Below, piece by piece: positions 37,287-50,490 of a DNA stretch of 64,000 nucleotides. Both the position numbers and the translations under genes were made by a program. Each line of letters starts with the position of its first letter. Position 1 is the stretch's first letter. The DNA lies in NCBI RefSeq assembly GCF_001194135.2, contig NC_068991.1, positions 51,592,980-51,656,979 of the forward strand. The letters are read 5' to 3'. Source of the stretch: Octopus bimaculoides. Its lineage: Eukaryota. Below the pieces are notes generated by a model. That model was not told where the DNA came from and made no database searches. It saw only the letters and a program-made list of their open reading frames with translations.

Positions 37287-38122
37287 NNNNNNNNNNNNNN
37301 NNNNNNNNNNNNNNNNNNNNNNNNNNNNNNNNNNNNNNNNNNNNNNNNNNNNNNNNNNNNNNNNNNNNNNNNNNNNNNNNNNNNNNNNNNNNNNNNNNNN
37401 NNNNNNNNNNNNNNNNNNNNNNNNNNNNNNNNNNNNNNNNNNNNNNNNNNNNNNNNNNNNNNNNNNNNNNNNNNNNNNNNNNNNNNNNNNNNNNNNNNNN
37501 NNNNNNNNNNNNNNNNNNNNNNNNNNNNNNNNNNNNNNNNNNNNNNNNNNNNNNNNNNNNNNNNNNNNNNNNNNNNNNNNNNNNNNNNNNNNNNNNNNNN
37601 NNNNNNNNNNNNNNNNNNNNNNNNNNNNNNNNNNNNNNNNNNNNNNNNNNNNNNNNNNNNNNNNNNNNNNNNNNNNNNNNNNNNNNNNNNNNNNNNNNNN
37701 NNNNNNNNNNNNNNNNNNNNNNNNNNNNNNNNNNNNNNNNNNNNNNNNNNNNNNNNNNNNNNNNNNNNATAACCTTATCCATCTATTGTTTTCATAATCT
37801 GTCATAATGTCTTACGTTTAAGATGATTCCCATGCTTTCCCTGATGAGAAGGTTACAATTTTAATATCAAAGATCCCTATGGATCACACAGGTTGTAATC
37901 CTTTGAAACATATGTAGGAATAAAGTATGCAATTATAACATGCGTTTTCTCCAATCCTTAAATTCTCATATATATATACACACACACAATGGGCTACTTT
38001 CAGTTCCAGTCTACGAAATCCACTCAGAAGGCTTTGGTCAGCCTGAAGCCATATTAGAAGACATTTGCCGAATGTGCCATACAATATGTGTAAAGTAATA
38101 ATGCTGGAAAAATATTACTTAC

Positions 38123-38150
38123 AGATAAGTATTTTCCACTGTTTCTGCAT
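38123..38150 (-). CDS. CPQ: CPQ first coding segment (MQKQWKILI), in an exon spanning 38123-38222 that carries 5' UTR
   Basis: ctctttttag acceptor before 38222; ATG at 38150; gtaagt donor. Phase 1 joins the next exon to give the signal peptide MQKQWKILIFIVISLKCCVTA. Confidence 0.8.
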
Positions 38151-38469
38151 TGCAAATGAAGATTCTCTCCTGTAGCAGAGTGTTGAATGTTTCTTCTTGA
38201 AGTAGTTTGTAATAACTGTTGACTAAAAAGAGGACAACATTCAGCATGTCACTATGACACAACAGTATTTTATTGGAGTCTATTTGATACATGCTTTATC
38301 AGTTAGGCTTCTTAAAAGATAAAGGAAATAAAAGAAGAATCAAATAATTAAAATGGAAAAACTGGATATTAAAATTACAGAAAATAAATGAATAAGCACA
38401 GAGAACAATGGAAACCTAAGTCATATATAGTAGTATAGCTGGGAGAAGTGAGAGGAGCAGTGAAGATGG

Positions 38470-38652
38470 AAGTTGGTGGGGAAATGAGGAGGGGAATGGG
38501 GGAAGTTAGGCGTAAGTGGGGGAAGTTAGGGGTCAGTTGGTGGGGGTAGTTCGTAGGAGAAGTTAGTGGGCAGTTAGTGGATAGTTAAGGGAACAGTTAG
38601 GGGGAAGTTAGGGGTGCAGTTAGAAGGAGCAATTGAGCGTGGGGGGGGGGGG
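38470..38652 (+). repeat. G-rich degenerate tandem repeat (ggggaagttag-like units) ending in poly-G
   Basis: Directly visible. Confidence 0.8.
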
Positions 38653-39539
38653 CAAAGACACTGTTATGGGGGTGGCACACTCTCTAACTATGCCACCGGT
38701 CAAGGATAAAAACAAGATGGACATAACAAGACCTTCAGCTGTCAACATGAAGGTCATAGTGGTAAATACACATACATACACTTTTTTTTTAATCTTGATA
38801 TGGATGAGGGGGAAATGTTCATAAACAGAGGCAGAGAAAGAGTGACATGAAGAAGAGATGAGATATATGAGATGAGTCATTATGGAAGGAGGCTGTAAGC
38901 CAGATGGTTTGACAGATTACAGGCAACTAGAGATGTAATACACACTGGGATGGGCAGCAGCAGGAAACAGCATAGACATTTGTAGGAGATTGTTGTGTTG
39001 TGAATGAGACTTTGCCAATTAGATTAGATAACCATCTTATGGATACATCTACGATGTGTGTGTGTGTCTAGTAACAGCATCATTCCAAATGTGTGAGTAA
39101 TACTCCATTGAAGATCTCTCTTAACCTTTTTAGAGGGTCAGCAGCTGATAAGTTTTTTCTGACCCCAAAGACAAAGGTTAATCTTTAAGATGCAGATTTC
39201 ACTGTATTAAGTCCATAGTATTACCAGGTAATATTATCAGAGATTGTCCCTCAGGTAGCTATCAACCCTTTCTATCAAAAGCATTTTTAAACTCAATATT
39301 AGGGCAGTGAGCTGGCAGAAAATACTTAGTGGAAAAATACTTAGTGGCATTTTGTCTGTCTTAACATTCTGAATTCAAATTCCGCCAAGGTTGATTTTGC
39401 CTTTCATCCTTTTGGGGTCGATAAAATATGTAATAATGGAGTGCTGACGTCAATGTAACCAACTCACCCCCTCCACCGAATTTGCTAGCCATGTGCAAAA
39501 ATTTGAAATCAATATTATCAGAGACTGTGAGGTCTAACA

Positions 39540-40060
39540 TTGACAGCAACTTTTAGTATTTAGTTATGGGATAATGAAGATTACAAAGGATGAAGTTTAG
39601 TTGAGGAGAAAGGAGGTGCTAGGTTTAAAAGTGGTGCAATGGTCTAGGAAGTACTTGAAGGTGAGAAGACCATCAAGATATATGATAACAGGGTTTCAGG
39701 ATTTAATATTAAAAGTGTTCTGGAGAAAGGAGGATCCAAGGATGAGGCAGGAGTTGAAAAGGTAAATTACAGGAATAGTGACATAGATGGAGGAGGGAAG
39801 CAGCAATGGATAGGAAAATTCTATCAAGCCATTTGGAAGTGTGACGGGGCAATTGCTAACAGAGATGATGGTGAGGCCAGCTGCTTTGATTACAGTATTA
39901 TTGTAGCAGTGGAGTTGTAAAAGTGTGGTGTGTTGAGCTTGGGTGCTGTTGAGATAGATAATCACTTAGGAAGGTTGAAAAGGTCCACCATGAGGATTTC
40001 AGATTAGCCTGGAGCTGGTGTCCAGTGGGTGGTTGATAACAAAAGATATATAACAAATAT
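39540..40060 (-). mobile_element. Penelope-like RT fragment, decayed
   Basis: DGLLTFKYFLDHCTTFKPST resembles the PLE RT segment GLxALKYFLDxR...PST. Confidence 0.55.
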
Positions 40061-43000
40061 TTGAGCATCCGGTGCTGACAGTACCAGTTGATGTGATTTT
40101 TTTTTTATCTGAAGTTTGAGCTAGGGGTTAGTTCTGGTTACAAAGAAGTTTCAACTGACAAGTTTGCATGCTACAGGTTGATAAAAACATTAGGAACATT
40201 GTAAATAACTTTAACTTAATCATGTACTTTATCGTGTATAAATAACTTGAGCTTTGTCATGTACTTTACAATGTACTTCATCATGTTTTATAAACAGCTT
40301 TTGGTTCACATACTTCTTAGCCAAAAATATCTCCTCAGAAACCACGTTTTTGAGTTCTCTTTCATTTTGTCATCAGTTTTATCCAAATCTTGTTGAGACA
40401 TAAACAGCCAGGAAGTAGTAACACAGTCATTAATTTACAGCTGCCACGCCCACCCCACCTTCACAACCCATTCTGCAGAATGTATTTCTTTCTAATGAAT
40501 TTCTCACAATACAATAATCCTCAGCTTTCCAAACTCAGCATAAGAGCACTTATCTCACTCAGTCTATTCCTTCTCTTAGATCAGAAGTGATACCTCAACA
40601 TTTCTTCATGTCTCTTTACCCTTTTTTCAGCTGTTTTCAATGGGCAAGTTACTTGTTATTTTTGCCATTTCTAGTCTTCCATAATTGTTTCTTTTAGCCT
40701 TTCACTTACACAGTTATGTTAATACATTGGTTTTCAGTATATTTGGTCATCATTTGTAGCTATAGCTGAATCTGTGAAACAAAACCCCATTGACTGAATA
40801 TAAATGTGTGCCAAAATGAGCAGATCTAACAAAGTGAGCTCGACTATTTTCATTGGCTATAAATTACCAGTCAGCATGCTCAGTAGTTTCCAAGCCACTT
40901 CTTCCCTGCAGCCCAATGTATATTATAAAAGAAGCTACTTTTGGAAATTAACTAGAAAGAAAAGCTAGTTGGCTCTAGCTCATGGTTGATCTCTGAGCCA
41001 ATGTATTTTAACATGTACATACACTCTCTCTTTATTTCTCTCCCACTTCCTGCAGTGGCCAGCCAACAAACAGCACATTGACACACACTCTTTCACTTGT
41101 TTAATCTCACTGTAAGACAACACAAAGGTGTTTCCACATGAAAATGTGAACTGAACTTAACTGTTGTTTTCTAAACATTACTTTATGAAAAAAAAAATTT
41201 CTTATTTAACAGAATAAGGTTTTAAAGTTTCTTATTGTAGAGTGGTGGAAGAATTCACAATGTGTTGGAGGAGAATCCAAATGAGAAATCGATAGAAAAG
41301 ATTATGTGAAGAATAACATTTTATTCAAATAAAAATATATTATTCATCAAGGCACTTTGATCTGATAGTTTTTACAATAAGTGTTGAAATGTTCTTTCCT
41401 AATAGGTTTCTTTCAGTTATATAAAGAATAGAGTTAACAAAGTAGTTGAAATGTTTGTTTGGGCACAGGGTTTATGCTGAATTAAACTTGTTGGACCAAT
41501 TAATCTCAGGATGCAAATTCATATAAAAAATGGATCTTGTCAATGAGATGAAATATTGGTTTCACATTTTGGCACAAGGCCAGCAATTTTGATGGATTGG
41601 ATAAGTCGATCACATTGACTCCTGTGTTCAAGTGGTATTTATTTTATCAATCCTGAAAGGATAAAAAGCAAAGTTGACCTTAGTGGAATTTGAACTCAGA
41701 ACATAGGTTTAGACATAATGCTGCTAAACGTTTTGCCCAGTCTGCTAATGGTTCTGCCAGCTCACCACCTTAATGGGATGAAATATTAAAAATTTTGGCT
41801 ATGACAAGGATTTCTTTAGATAGTGGGAAATCAACTATGAAAGACTAGTGATACCAAAACCACTACATTTCCTTATTTTTTTTTGTCATTCTCTATTGGG
41901 CCATCTTGTCCAATATAAAATTTTAAAAGATGAAGAAAACAAAACTTTGTTGAATTAAAATTTCAGTTTTTTATGGCTGTTCTCCTTATCTTCCTGTTGT
42001 TAAATACAAATGACTACATTCATATTTGTTTTAGCACTTAATTAAAGTTTATTAACAATATAAAGCAGTTAAACATTTCTTTAGATGGATTCTTAGAATT
42101 CTAACTATCTATTCTTTCCAAACATCAAATATATAAACATTTCTGGCATGCTCTTATTTCCCCTATGATATTTCTGCTCCACTCATGCTACCATAGGAAA
42201 ATGGATGTTAAATGGGCAGATGGACGTCTTATAGATTTTTTTCTAATAACTACTTCATTTAACTCCAGAAAATGTATTCATCTTGAAACTGAATACATAA
42301 TTTCAGTGTTCTGTTTGCAACTTGCCCTTATAAATCCATAAGAATTGTGGTTGCAATAAAAACAAATATAAGGTAATTGCTGAGACAAAGGAAAATCATC
42401 ATTTCGGAATTGATAGTTTTCTTTTCCCCCCGCTGCAATTACAGGTACTTTTATTTACTTTTAGTTTTATTATTATAGCATTTCATTTGGATTACTTGTT
42501 GTTGAGTGAATTTTACCTAATACATACCTTTATATTAGGCAATGAGTAAAAACAAGAAAATGACAAAATCAGAGGGAAAGATTTTAACATAATTATAATT
42601 ATAACACTTGAAAGGAAAGGAAAGAGTCCTTAACTTTTCCTTCACCAGAAAAAATGGCAAGAAAAGAAAGAAATCAACTTGTTTTATATATTTCAAAGAC
42701 TTTTAGAGGTTTTTTGTTGTTTTTTCTCCCCACATAAGAATAAATGAAAAAAATCATTGATGGCCCCTAAATGGTAATTAGAAAGTTACGTAGCTGAAGG
42801 TATATTCAATGTTATTCAGTAAATTTGGCAGCTAAAATATATTTAGGACCATGGACAGAATGCAACATGGAAGACAACTTCAGGCAGACTCCACATCTCT
42901 ATGAAGTGTCTCCTAGATCACGTCTTGAAGTTTTTACAGCTCATCAAAAGACCTTTAAGTTAGTATTGACATGTTTAGTGAGAGAAGCATTAAAAAGGCA

Positions 43001-43899
43001 GCTAAAAATGTAGGTAAGAAAAAGATGGGGTGAGGAGAGGAAGAGCAACTCTGTCGAGTAATTTTAATTGTTACGGGAGATAACTCCGACCGATATTGCA
43101 ATTCACCGTTCAAAATGAATTAAAGGCGGAAGAGAAGTGTAAATAAATGCACAATGTTATACACTGGTTCACATAGAAAAGTAGAGGGTTGACATCGATA
43201 ATTATAAGAATACACATTGACTGTTTAATCTTCTAATTATTAAATATGTTTTACTTACATTACACTTTAACTGTCAGAGCATAAAGTCCAACACAAATTT
43301 AATCTTTCAGTGTTTCTCTTCTTCCATACCAACATTTGTTATTAAATATCGATTTCTTAGCTACTGCTTATGTAAAATTACAGAGAGGCTACACTTCGTG
43401 AAGTATCATTTAAAAAAGGCATGAAACCCACCCGAAGCAGCCTTACTGTGTTTACCGATGAAACAAGAAATGTTAGTCACCAATTAGAGCTGTTTTATCT
43501 ACCGAGTATTTCAATGTAAATTGTCTGCATAATGTTCTTACCTACAAAGCCAAAGCTTTATGTCATCACTAGAAATAGCAGCTACATTTTTCTTAAGTCA
43601 CAGTCTATTATCAGAAATAAAGGACACACTTAGCAGTGTATACCTAGCGACACAATATCTTTGATAATAACTCTTTAGGACCTAGACAGACCATACGAAA
43701 CACTCCGAAAGTTCTGTAGTACAATTATTGAACACACATACATACATTTATATATATATTAGATAGATAGATGCGAATATATATATGTGTGTATGATTTT
43801 CAGTTCATGAACCAGGAGTGTTTTCTCTCTATAAGACTTAAAAGTTTAAATTAATTTTGTTTTCGAACAAACTATTCAACTGCAACCGAGTTTTGAGCG

Positions 43900-44960
43900 C
43901 CAATAGTGCGGGGAAAATCCACACACCCACTTCTGCTGACGAGCTCTGAATTTATGTTAAATATTAATGTATGATTGCGAGCATAATAATTTCATTGCAA
44001 GGTGACGTGATAGAGGTTCGATGTGTGAAGTTTTATATGGCAGAGATAAAGTGAAAGGGTGGTAGAGCGGTGAAGAATTAAGGAAGAAGAAAGGCAAGCA
44101 ATATTGACATGGGAGAATCGAAAAGGTAACAAAAACAATGGCTAACGTTATTGGTGTTACGTCATGTTCATGTGATTAATATTGACCAATCAAACGTAAG
44201 AAGCATTCTCGTAATGAGCAGAAGGGAAAGTACTTTCCAGGAATTTCGTATCCGTATTTTACTCGACGTACTTAAATAATTCATTGGTGGATCACATTTT
44301 TGTTTTAAATGAGTAACTTATTTTAAACAGTAATTGGGATTTACATTTGATATTTTTCAATTGAGGTGATTCATTATTTACTTTATTATTGGAAAAGCTA
44401 TACGAACCAGTCATGGATAATCTCTCTCTCAGTAAGTGTTTTTTATTTTTAATAAATGTAAATATTAGCAATGTTAATGTTCAACTACAAATTAAATTAT
44501 CTCATATTATTACTTAAAAACGTTTTTCTTTTCAGTATCAAGTTGTTCTTTGATCATAACATATTTCGATCTCTGAGTAACATTTCCGTTTCATGATCAA
44601 TCATTACACTCCAATTAACTACATATAAGATAATAATTATATATATTCTGTTATTATATTTAAAACCTTCATGGGTGATTATCAATTACACGATGTTGTT
44701 TTATCAATTATTTCGCATTAAATTCAATGTCAAGAAATCTCATTTTCGAGCAGACAAGGGTTTTCGGTTTCCGGTTTCATGTTGATGTTTTCGTTTATGC
44801 TATCGCTATTATACGTTTATCTTATTTTCATTTCGAGCGATCTATGATTATTATTTAAAATATTAGCGATCAAGTAGTCATAAATCACCCAAAGCATTTG
44901 TTAGCGTATGTGTTTACACATTCTAATTAGCTTTACCAGGTGTCGTTTGTCTTGAGGTAA
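43900..44960. promoter_or_regulatory. CpG-retaining promoter-like region; candidate CPQ promoter (minus strand), possibly bidirectional
   Basis: TATAAAA (minus, 44037-44031), TGACGTGA (44003-44010), CCAAT boxes near 44170-44190, TTCCAGGAA (44235-44243) and ETS-like TTCCGG near 44770. The CPQ ATG exon begins with an acceptor, so an upstream non-coding exon is required. Confidence 0.45.
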
Positions 44961-45735
44961 GACTTGAGTGTCATGTTTTAAGTTGTTATAACTACTTCAA
45001 CCCTATTAATAACCAATTAATTAACTATTTGATACTCTAAAATAATAGATGCAGTAGTCATGTCGATCACCTATTCTTTTCACTTTCATTAAAAAGTGTC
45101 TATTTATAAACGAGAAAAACATCTCTTTATAACACTGAAACTAACTGCGAGTGTCATAACGATGTCTGATATACGCATAAGGCCACAGATTTCGGAGGAA
45201 GAGTTCGCCGATTAAATTGATCGAATTAATTCACGGGTACTTTATTTCATCGAACCCGGAAAAGTTGAAAGGCTAAGTTGACCTTGACGAGACTTAAATT
45301 CGGAATATAAAGAGTCGTAGTTAAATGCTGCAAGACATTTTATTAGACATTACCGATTCTGCTAATATATTGACCCATCTGTGATGAAATAATAATTACT
45401 TTTGAGATCTGCTTTTATAGGGAAGAAGTATTATCGATTAAAATGACCACTTATAATACTACAATATATTTGATCGATTTTGGATGAAACCATGGGAAGC
45501 AGATCTGACTTTTAAGAGAATTTAGACACACACACACACACACAAAAAAAAAACCGGAAACGCAAAACACATAATTTCCTTTAAGGTTCAGTAAATTAAG
45601 TGAACTGTTGTAATTTTGTCATCTGAATTTTTATTGCCGTTCCAGTAGGAAATAATGCATTGTTTTCGTCTGAAATAATTACAAGATGTATTTTTCTTCC
45701 GAAACATGTACATAATATTTACATATTCCCTGCTC

Positions 45736-45821
45736 GGCGAAGGTAAAGAATGCGCACACCTGGTGTTTAGGGTTTACGGTTACGCCGAAAACGGGTGATG
45801 TGCGTATTCTTTACCTCTGCC
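45736..45821. other. ~86-nt hairpin
   Basis: ggcgaaggtaaagaatgcgcacacc pairs with ggtgatgtgcgtattctttacctctgcc; inner ggtgt pairs with acgcc. Confidence 0.7.
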
Positions 45822-47399
45822 TCAGGCTGTATACCTGTCGTTGCCCAAGGTAAAAGATTGCTACAAATTACCTAGGATTGTATTAATTGAACACTATTGC
45901 ATTTTAAAATGTTATCAGTGATTTAAAGAACAAAATTATTTTCAATGCATGTTTAATAGTCCGGTGTCCTGCTAAGGCGATCAATATTAATTGTATATTT
46001 CGTAATTTCAATGTGTAAATAGCATCTATACTATAACGAAATATATATAACTTAACCATGTTAAATAAATTAAGTGAATGCGAAGACAATTCTATTTTCA
46101 TTTAAATCTGTTCCAGAAGATAATTATGTTTTATTCTTGAAATTCTTTAATTTGTAAAATAATTTGGAAAATGTGGAGGTACGTGGATATCAGCTGGTGT
46201 AACCTATCTATTTATAATTAAAATTATTGTAATAATGTGCGGAAACGAGGGTGCTTAGAGAAACCCACACATTCAAATACTGGAACTGTATGTAATACAT
46301 GCAATGATTAAGAAATGACATTAAGATATGGAACAAACCCTAGCGTATATTAAAATAGATCTGTACCCATCGTGGTTGTAATAATTCCGAACATTTTCAT
46401 ACCAGCATCTCAGTATATTCAGTGTTTTTAGTTTTATCAACAGGGGCATAAAGAAAAATATTTGGGGGTCTTCCAACACTTGAATATCGTATATAAAGTT
46501 AGCCATTCGAAAGCACTATTTATTACTCAGTGTCCTGAGTATGATGATAAACCACATCTGACAGTAAAGCCTCTGATCGGAAGATTGGATGTTCTGAGGA
46601 GTGTGGAATACCCTCTTAATTGCCGTTGTTCCAAGGTTCACCCTGACCCAGGTCGGTAACACCTGTTATGGGCAAATAATGAACTCAGCAGAAGAAGGTC
46701 ACTCATCAACACCCCAATGCCACAAATAGGCTAGGCTAGCAGAAGAGCAGCTTTGACTTAAAATCATCCTGCCAGTTGGTTTGGCCGAGGAAAGCAAGGC
46801 CTCATAGATTGGGACCTATAACTTCAGAGGTGAAATCCAAATGTCTGTGTTCTTGGCAGATTGGTGCAACTCCTTGTCTGACTTAGCATGTCACACAATG
46901 TGTGCCACAAAACAAGAACCTGGAACCATAGTGTGTGGGTTTCAGCCTGGCAAGCTGTCATTCACCTCAAACAAATTCAAGTCAACAGCTCATTTCAGAC
47001 CATCCCGTCCATCTTCTGCTTCAATCTTGCTCCCTAAATTTTCAAAAGTCCAAAAGCGATGGGATAAGGATGTCAGAAGCAGACTGTAGTCTAGTCAGTT
47101 ATTACTAAAGATACAGCCTAGCAACTGTTAGTGTTTTCCTTTGAGATTTGTTATCTGACATGGCTAAGTCTGAAACTGAAATCACCTAAATCAACATGCC
47201 ACATCTCCCAGTGAAAATTAGTAGTCTTACTGACATGTAGCATAAGTTTCTTAATAGTTGTTCTGTGCCAACATGGAACCTTAACTGCAGCATTATTAGG
47301 GATTTTTCATTTTTGATAACTGAAATTTGTTGGGCAGGAAACTTAGAAGTTCCAGTGGATTAAAAGTTTCAGCCTTAAAATGAACTATATCTTCCTGGT

Positions 47400-50300
47400 C
47401 CAAAACAGTATCTATTGCAAGAAGACTGTTTTCCTGGAAGTTACTGTGGCAGCATCCAAACATTATTTTTTTGCTCCATCACTTGTGAGTTAATGTTTTT
47501 GCATGTTGAAGAATACATTCAATATCAATTTATCTATTATTTTCACCACTGCATTTATAGGAGGTGGGTTCATATTGCCATTACTAATAAGAAATCTTCC
47601 CTCCTCGACATGTGACAAATGTTTTGCAAAATGACCGCCCAGCTGTTCTTGAAATGATTGACTTTTATGTTTGTATTTGATGATTTTAACATTGGTTCAA
47701 AGTGATCATGATTGAAAACAAACATGGATTTCATTAGTTTTTATTCTGTTTTAGACCACTGACAGGTTCTTATAGAAATCACCTAGTAATACTACTGCTA
47801 CTTATCCCATTTCAGATCCATTGTCCTGCAATGGTCTGTCCAGGGAACTTCTGGGTTCTCTTGCGAGCAATTGTACATTTTTCTCAGACAATAATTTGGC
47901 ATCACTCAAGTGTTCTTGTGAGTGGGTACATTTGTGCCTAAGCCTTATGGGAGTTTGAAAGCAGAATATGTTGTACAGCACCCAGGAAGGATTGTAGTAG
48001 CAATACTTGAAGAAACAACTGCAGTAGCTCTCCCTTTACGTTGTTGGATTTTAGTATACATTAGATGGTCTGGAATGTTTTTGTAGTTCCATCATAAAGA
48101 TACAGTGAGGAAAGTAGTGACTATGAAAATGTACTAATTGGCGAGAGAGTGATCAGCAGTCATGTGGTCAATGTTTGGTAAAAATATTGTGTTTCTGTTG
48201 AGTTTGTTCCCATTGATGTTGACCTCAGTTATAACCAATGTTTAGAGGAAATTCATAGAAATGAAATACACTGCCTTTATTCTTTTACTTGTTTCAGTTA
48301 TTTGACCATGGCTATGCTGGAGTACTGCCTTAAAAGGGTCTTTTTTAGTTCAAGAAATCGACCCCAGGACTTATTCTTTGTGAGCCCAGTACTTGTTGTA
48401 ACGGTCTCTTTTGCCAAATCACTAAGTTACATGGACATAAACACACCAACATCAGTTGTCAAGCAATGGTGGAGGGACAAACACAGACATAAAAACACAC
48501 TATAAATATATATATAAAATGGGCTTCTTTCAGTTTTGATCTACCAACAAGGCATTAGTCAGCCAGAGACTATACTAGAAGACAGTTGCCAAGGTGCCAC
48601 GCAGTGCAACTGACCCCAGAACCGTGAAGTTGGGAAGCGAGCTTCTTACCACACAGCCATGCCTGTGCCTTTATTTGGATTAATTTTGAAAATTCTTTCC
48701 TCTCACAATAGAGAAACATTTCTCATGGCTCCAGCAGACAAAACAGAAAAGGCATTGCCCTGAAAGATTGTGAGGGAAATATGTTGGAAATATAAATATA
48801 AATATCAAGAAAGCAAACTCTAGTTTACAATTAAACCTTGGGAGAGGCATTATGCCGGTAATACACATACGAAAACTCTAGTTTCTTTTTGTTGAATTTT
48901 GTCAAAAGTCTCAGAATAGTCTGCTTTCTGGTGTGTTTTAAGTTTCATTATCATTTGCATTTGCTATTGACATGTCAACATTATATGATACCTTGTTCAG
49001 AGTTTTTATTGCAAGATTATTGACTTCAGTGTATTTAGATTAAAGAAGGCTGTATTTTCTAATTTCTTAGCTATTTGTATCCTTGAGCTTAACAATAAAC
49101 ACTGCATTGTAGATTTTATCTATGTATTCCCTATGTCTATACCAGAGTCTATCTGTTGAGTTTGATACTTAAAATCTTGGCATGGTCATCATCGTGCTGA
49201 ACAAATGCTAAAATGGGTTGAATTGTTGACTGCATTTTAACAGCAGAGCTAAAAGATTCCTCTCTGACTAAATTGCAGCCAACTAGGCATCATTTTCTTG
49301 TAATGGAACTATGAAGAATGTCTCTGTAGGTGGTACAAACTTCCTCATTTACTATTTGAAGATCTTGAAATGAATTTGAATGCAGTATTCTCAGAAGTTG
49401 TAAAAAGGAACATTAATATTGAATAATGGCATGTATGATAAACTATCTTTCAATGGCACTGTCAGAATTTATTGTTAGGTTGGCTTTTATTAGTAGTGCT
49501 TTGCTTTCTTCATCTCCATTGCTTGTCATTCCAAGTATAGTAGGATGACAGCCTATTATATATGGAATATTTCAGGGATCATAATGACAGTCCATCTTGA
49601 CAAGGGCTGAAATTCCCTTGGATTTTGTGCTTGCAGTTATTGGAGTGAAATAAACCAATTAGTAAATTTCCAAGAGGACAGCAAGTTGTAGAGTGCTGCA
49701 TTATCTTCATGAATGGGGAAGATGAAAAAGTCAAGACAGTCTCATTCATGTCTCATTGTTATTGATTCAGTGTCCTTGCTAGAATTGGGTAACTTCATTG
49801 CAATTGTTTTGAATCATCTGAGAAAACATTGCAATGATAGATGCTATGATGTCATATTTGCAGGCAGATGGACTTTATTGAATTGCAGCAGTTAACACTG
49901 ATGTGTACATTACATTCTTGGTTATTCATCTGTTGTCAATATCCTACTGTTCAGTTTAAGGCAGCGAACTGGCAGAATTGTTAGCACACCGGTCAAAATG
50001 CTTAGTGGCATTTCATCCGTCTTTTTGTTCTGAGTTCAAGTTCCACAGAGGTCAACTTTGCCTTTCATCCTTTCAGGGTTGGTAAAATAAGTACCAGTTG
50101 AGTACTGGAGTCGATGTAATCGACTATCACCCTCTCCCAAATTTCAAGCCTTGTGGTTATATGAGAAAAGAATATCATATTGTCCAGCCAAGATTTAGTA
50201 GCTTCAGTTCTCTGTTGTTCCTTTCTAAGAGGAACTACTTTAGCCATTTGGGTCTCTAAAGAAACTGTTTGATGCATTTGTTGTCTTCTATGCAATGTGA

Positions 50301-50490
50301 ATTCTTGCTGATATTACCTCAAGGACCATGCTTTTAACAATCTGGCTTTTAACAGTAATGAAGAGCTCTTTCTCCTAGCAAGAATGTTGTAGCTCAACTT
50401 GTATAATGGAGTCAATTTCCTTGGAGTGAATCTTGTTTGTTAACCAGATCAACACGTATGCATGTGGTGGCCCTTCTTATTCTGAGAGAG
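47400..50490 (-). mobile_element. Decayed Helitron Rep/PIF1-helicase fragment, interrupted by two SINEs
   Basis: Remnant motifs on the minus strand: KHGP.G..S.CIEDNKC (Rep), FPIHE...NLAV.L.N...YFT, YYTWNDKQW, GRATAVVSSSIATTILPG..T.YSAFKLP, and LLGDFY.NLSVV (helicase). Confidence 0.85.
48276..48670 (-). mobile_element. Family A SINE nested in the Helitron
   Basis: Similarity to 8191-8598. Confidence 0.85.
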
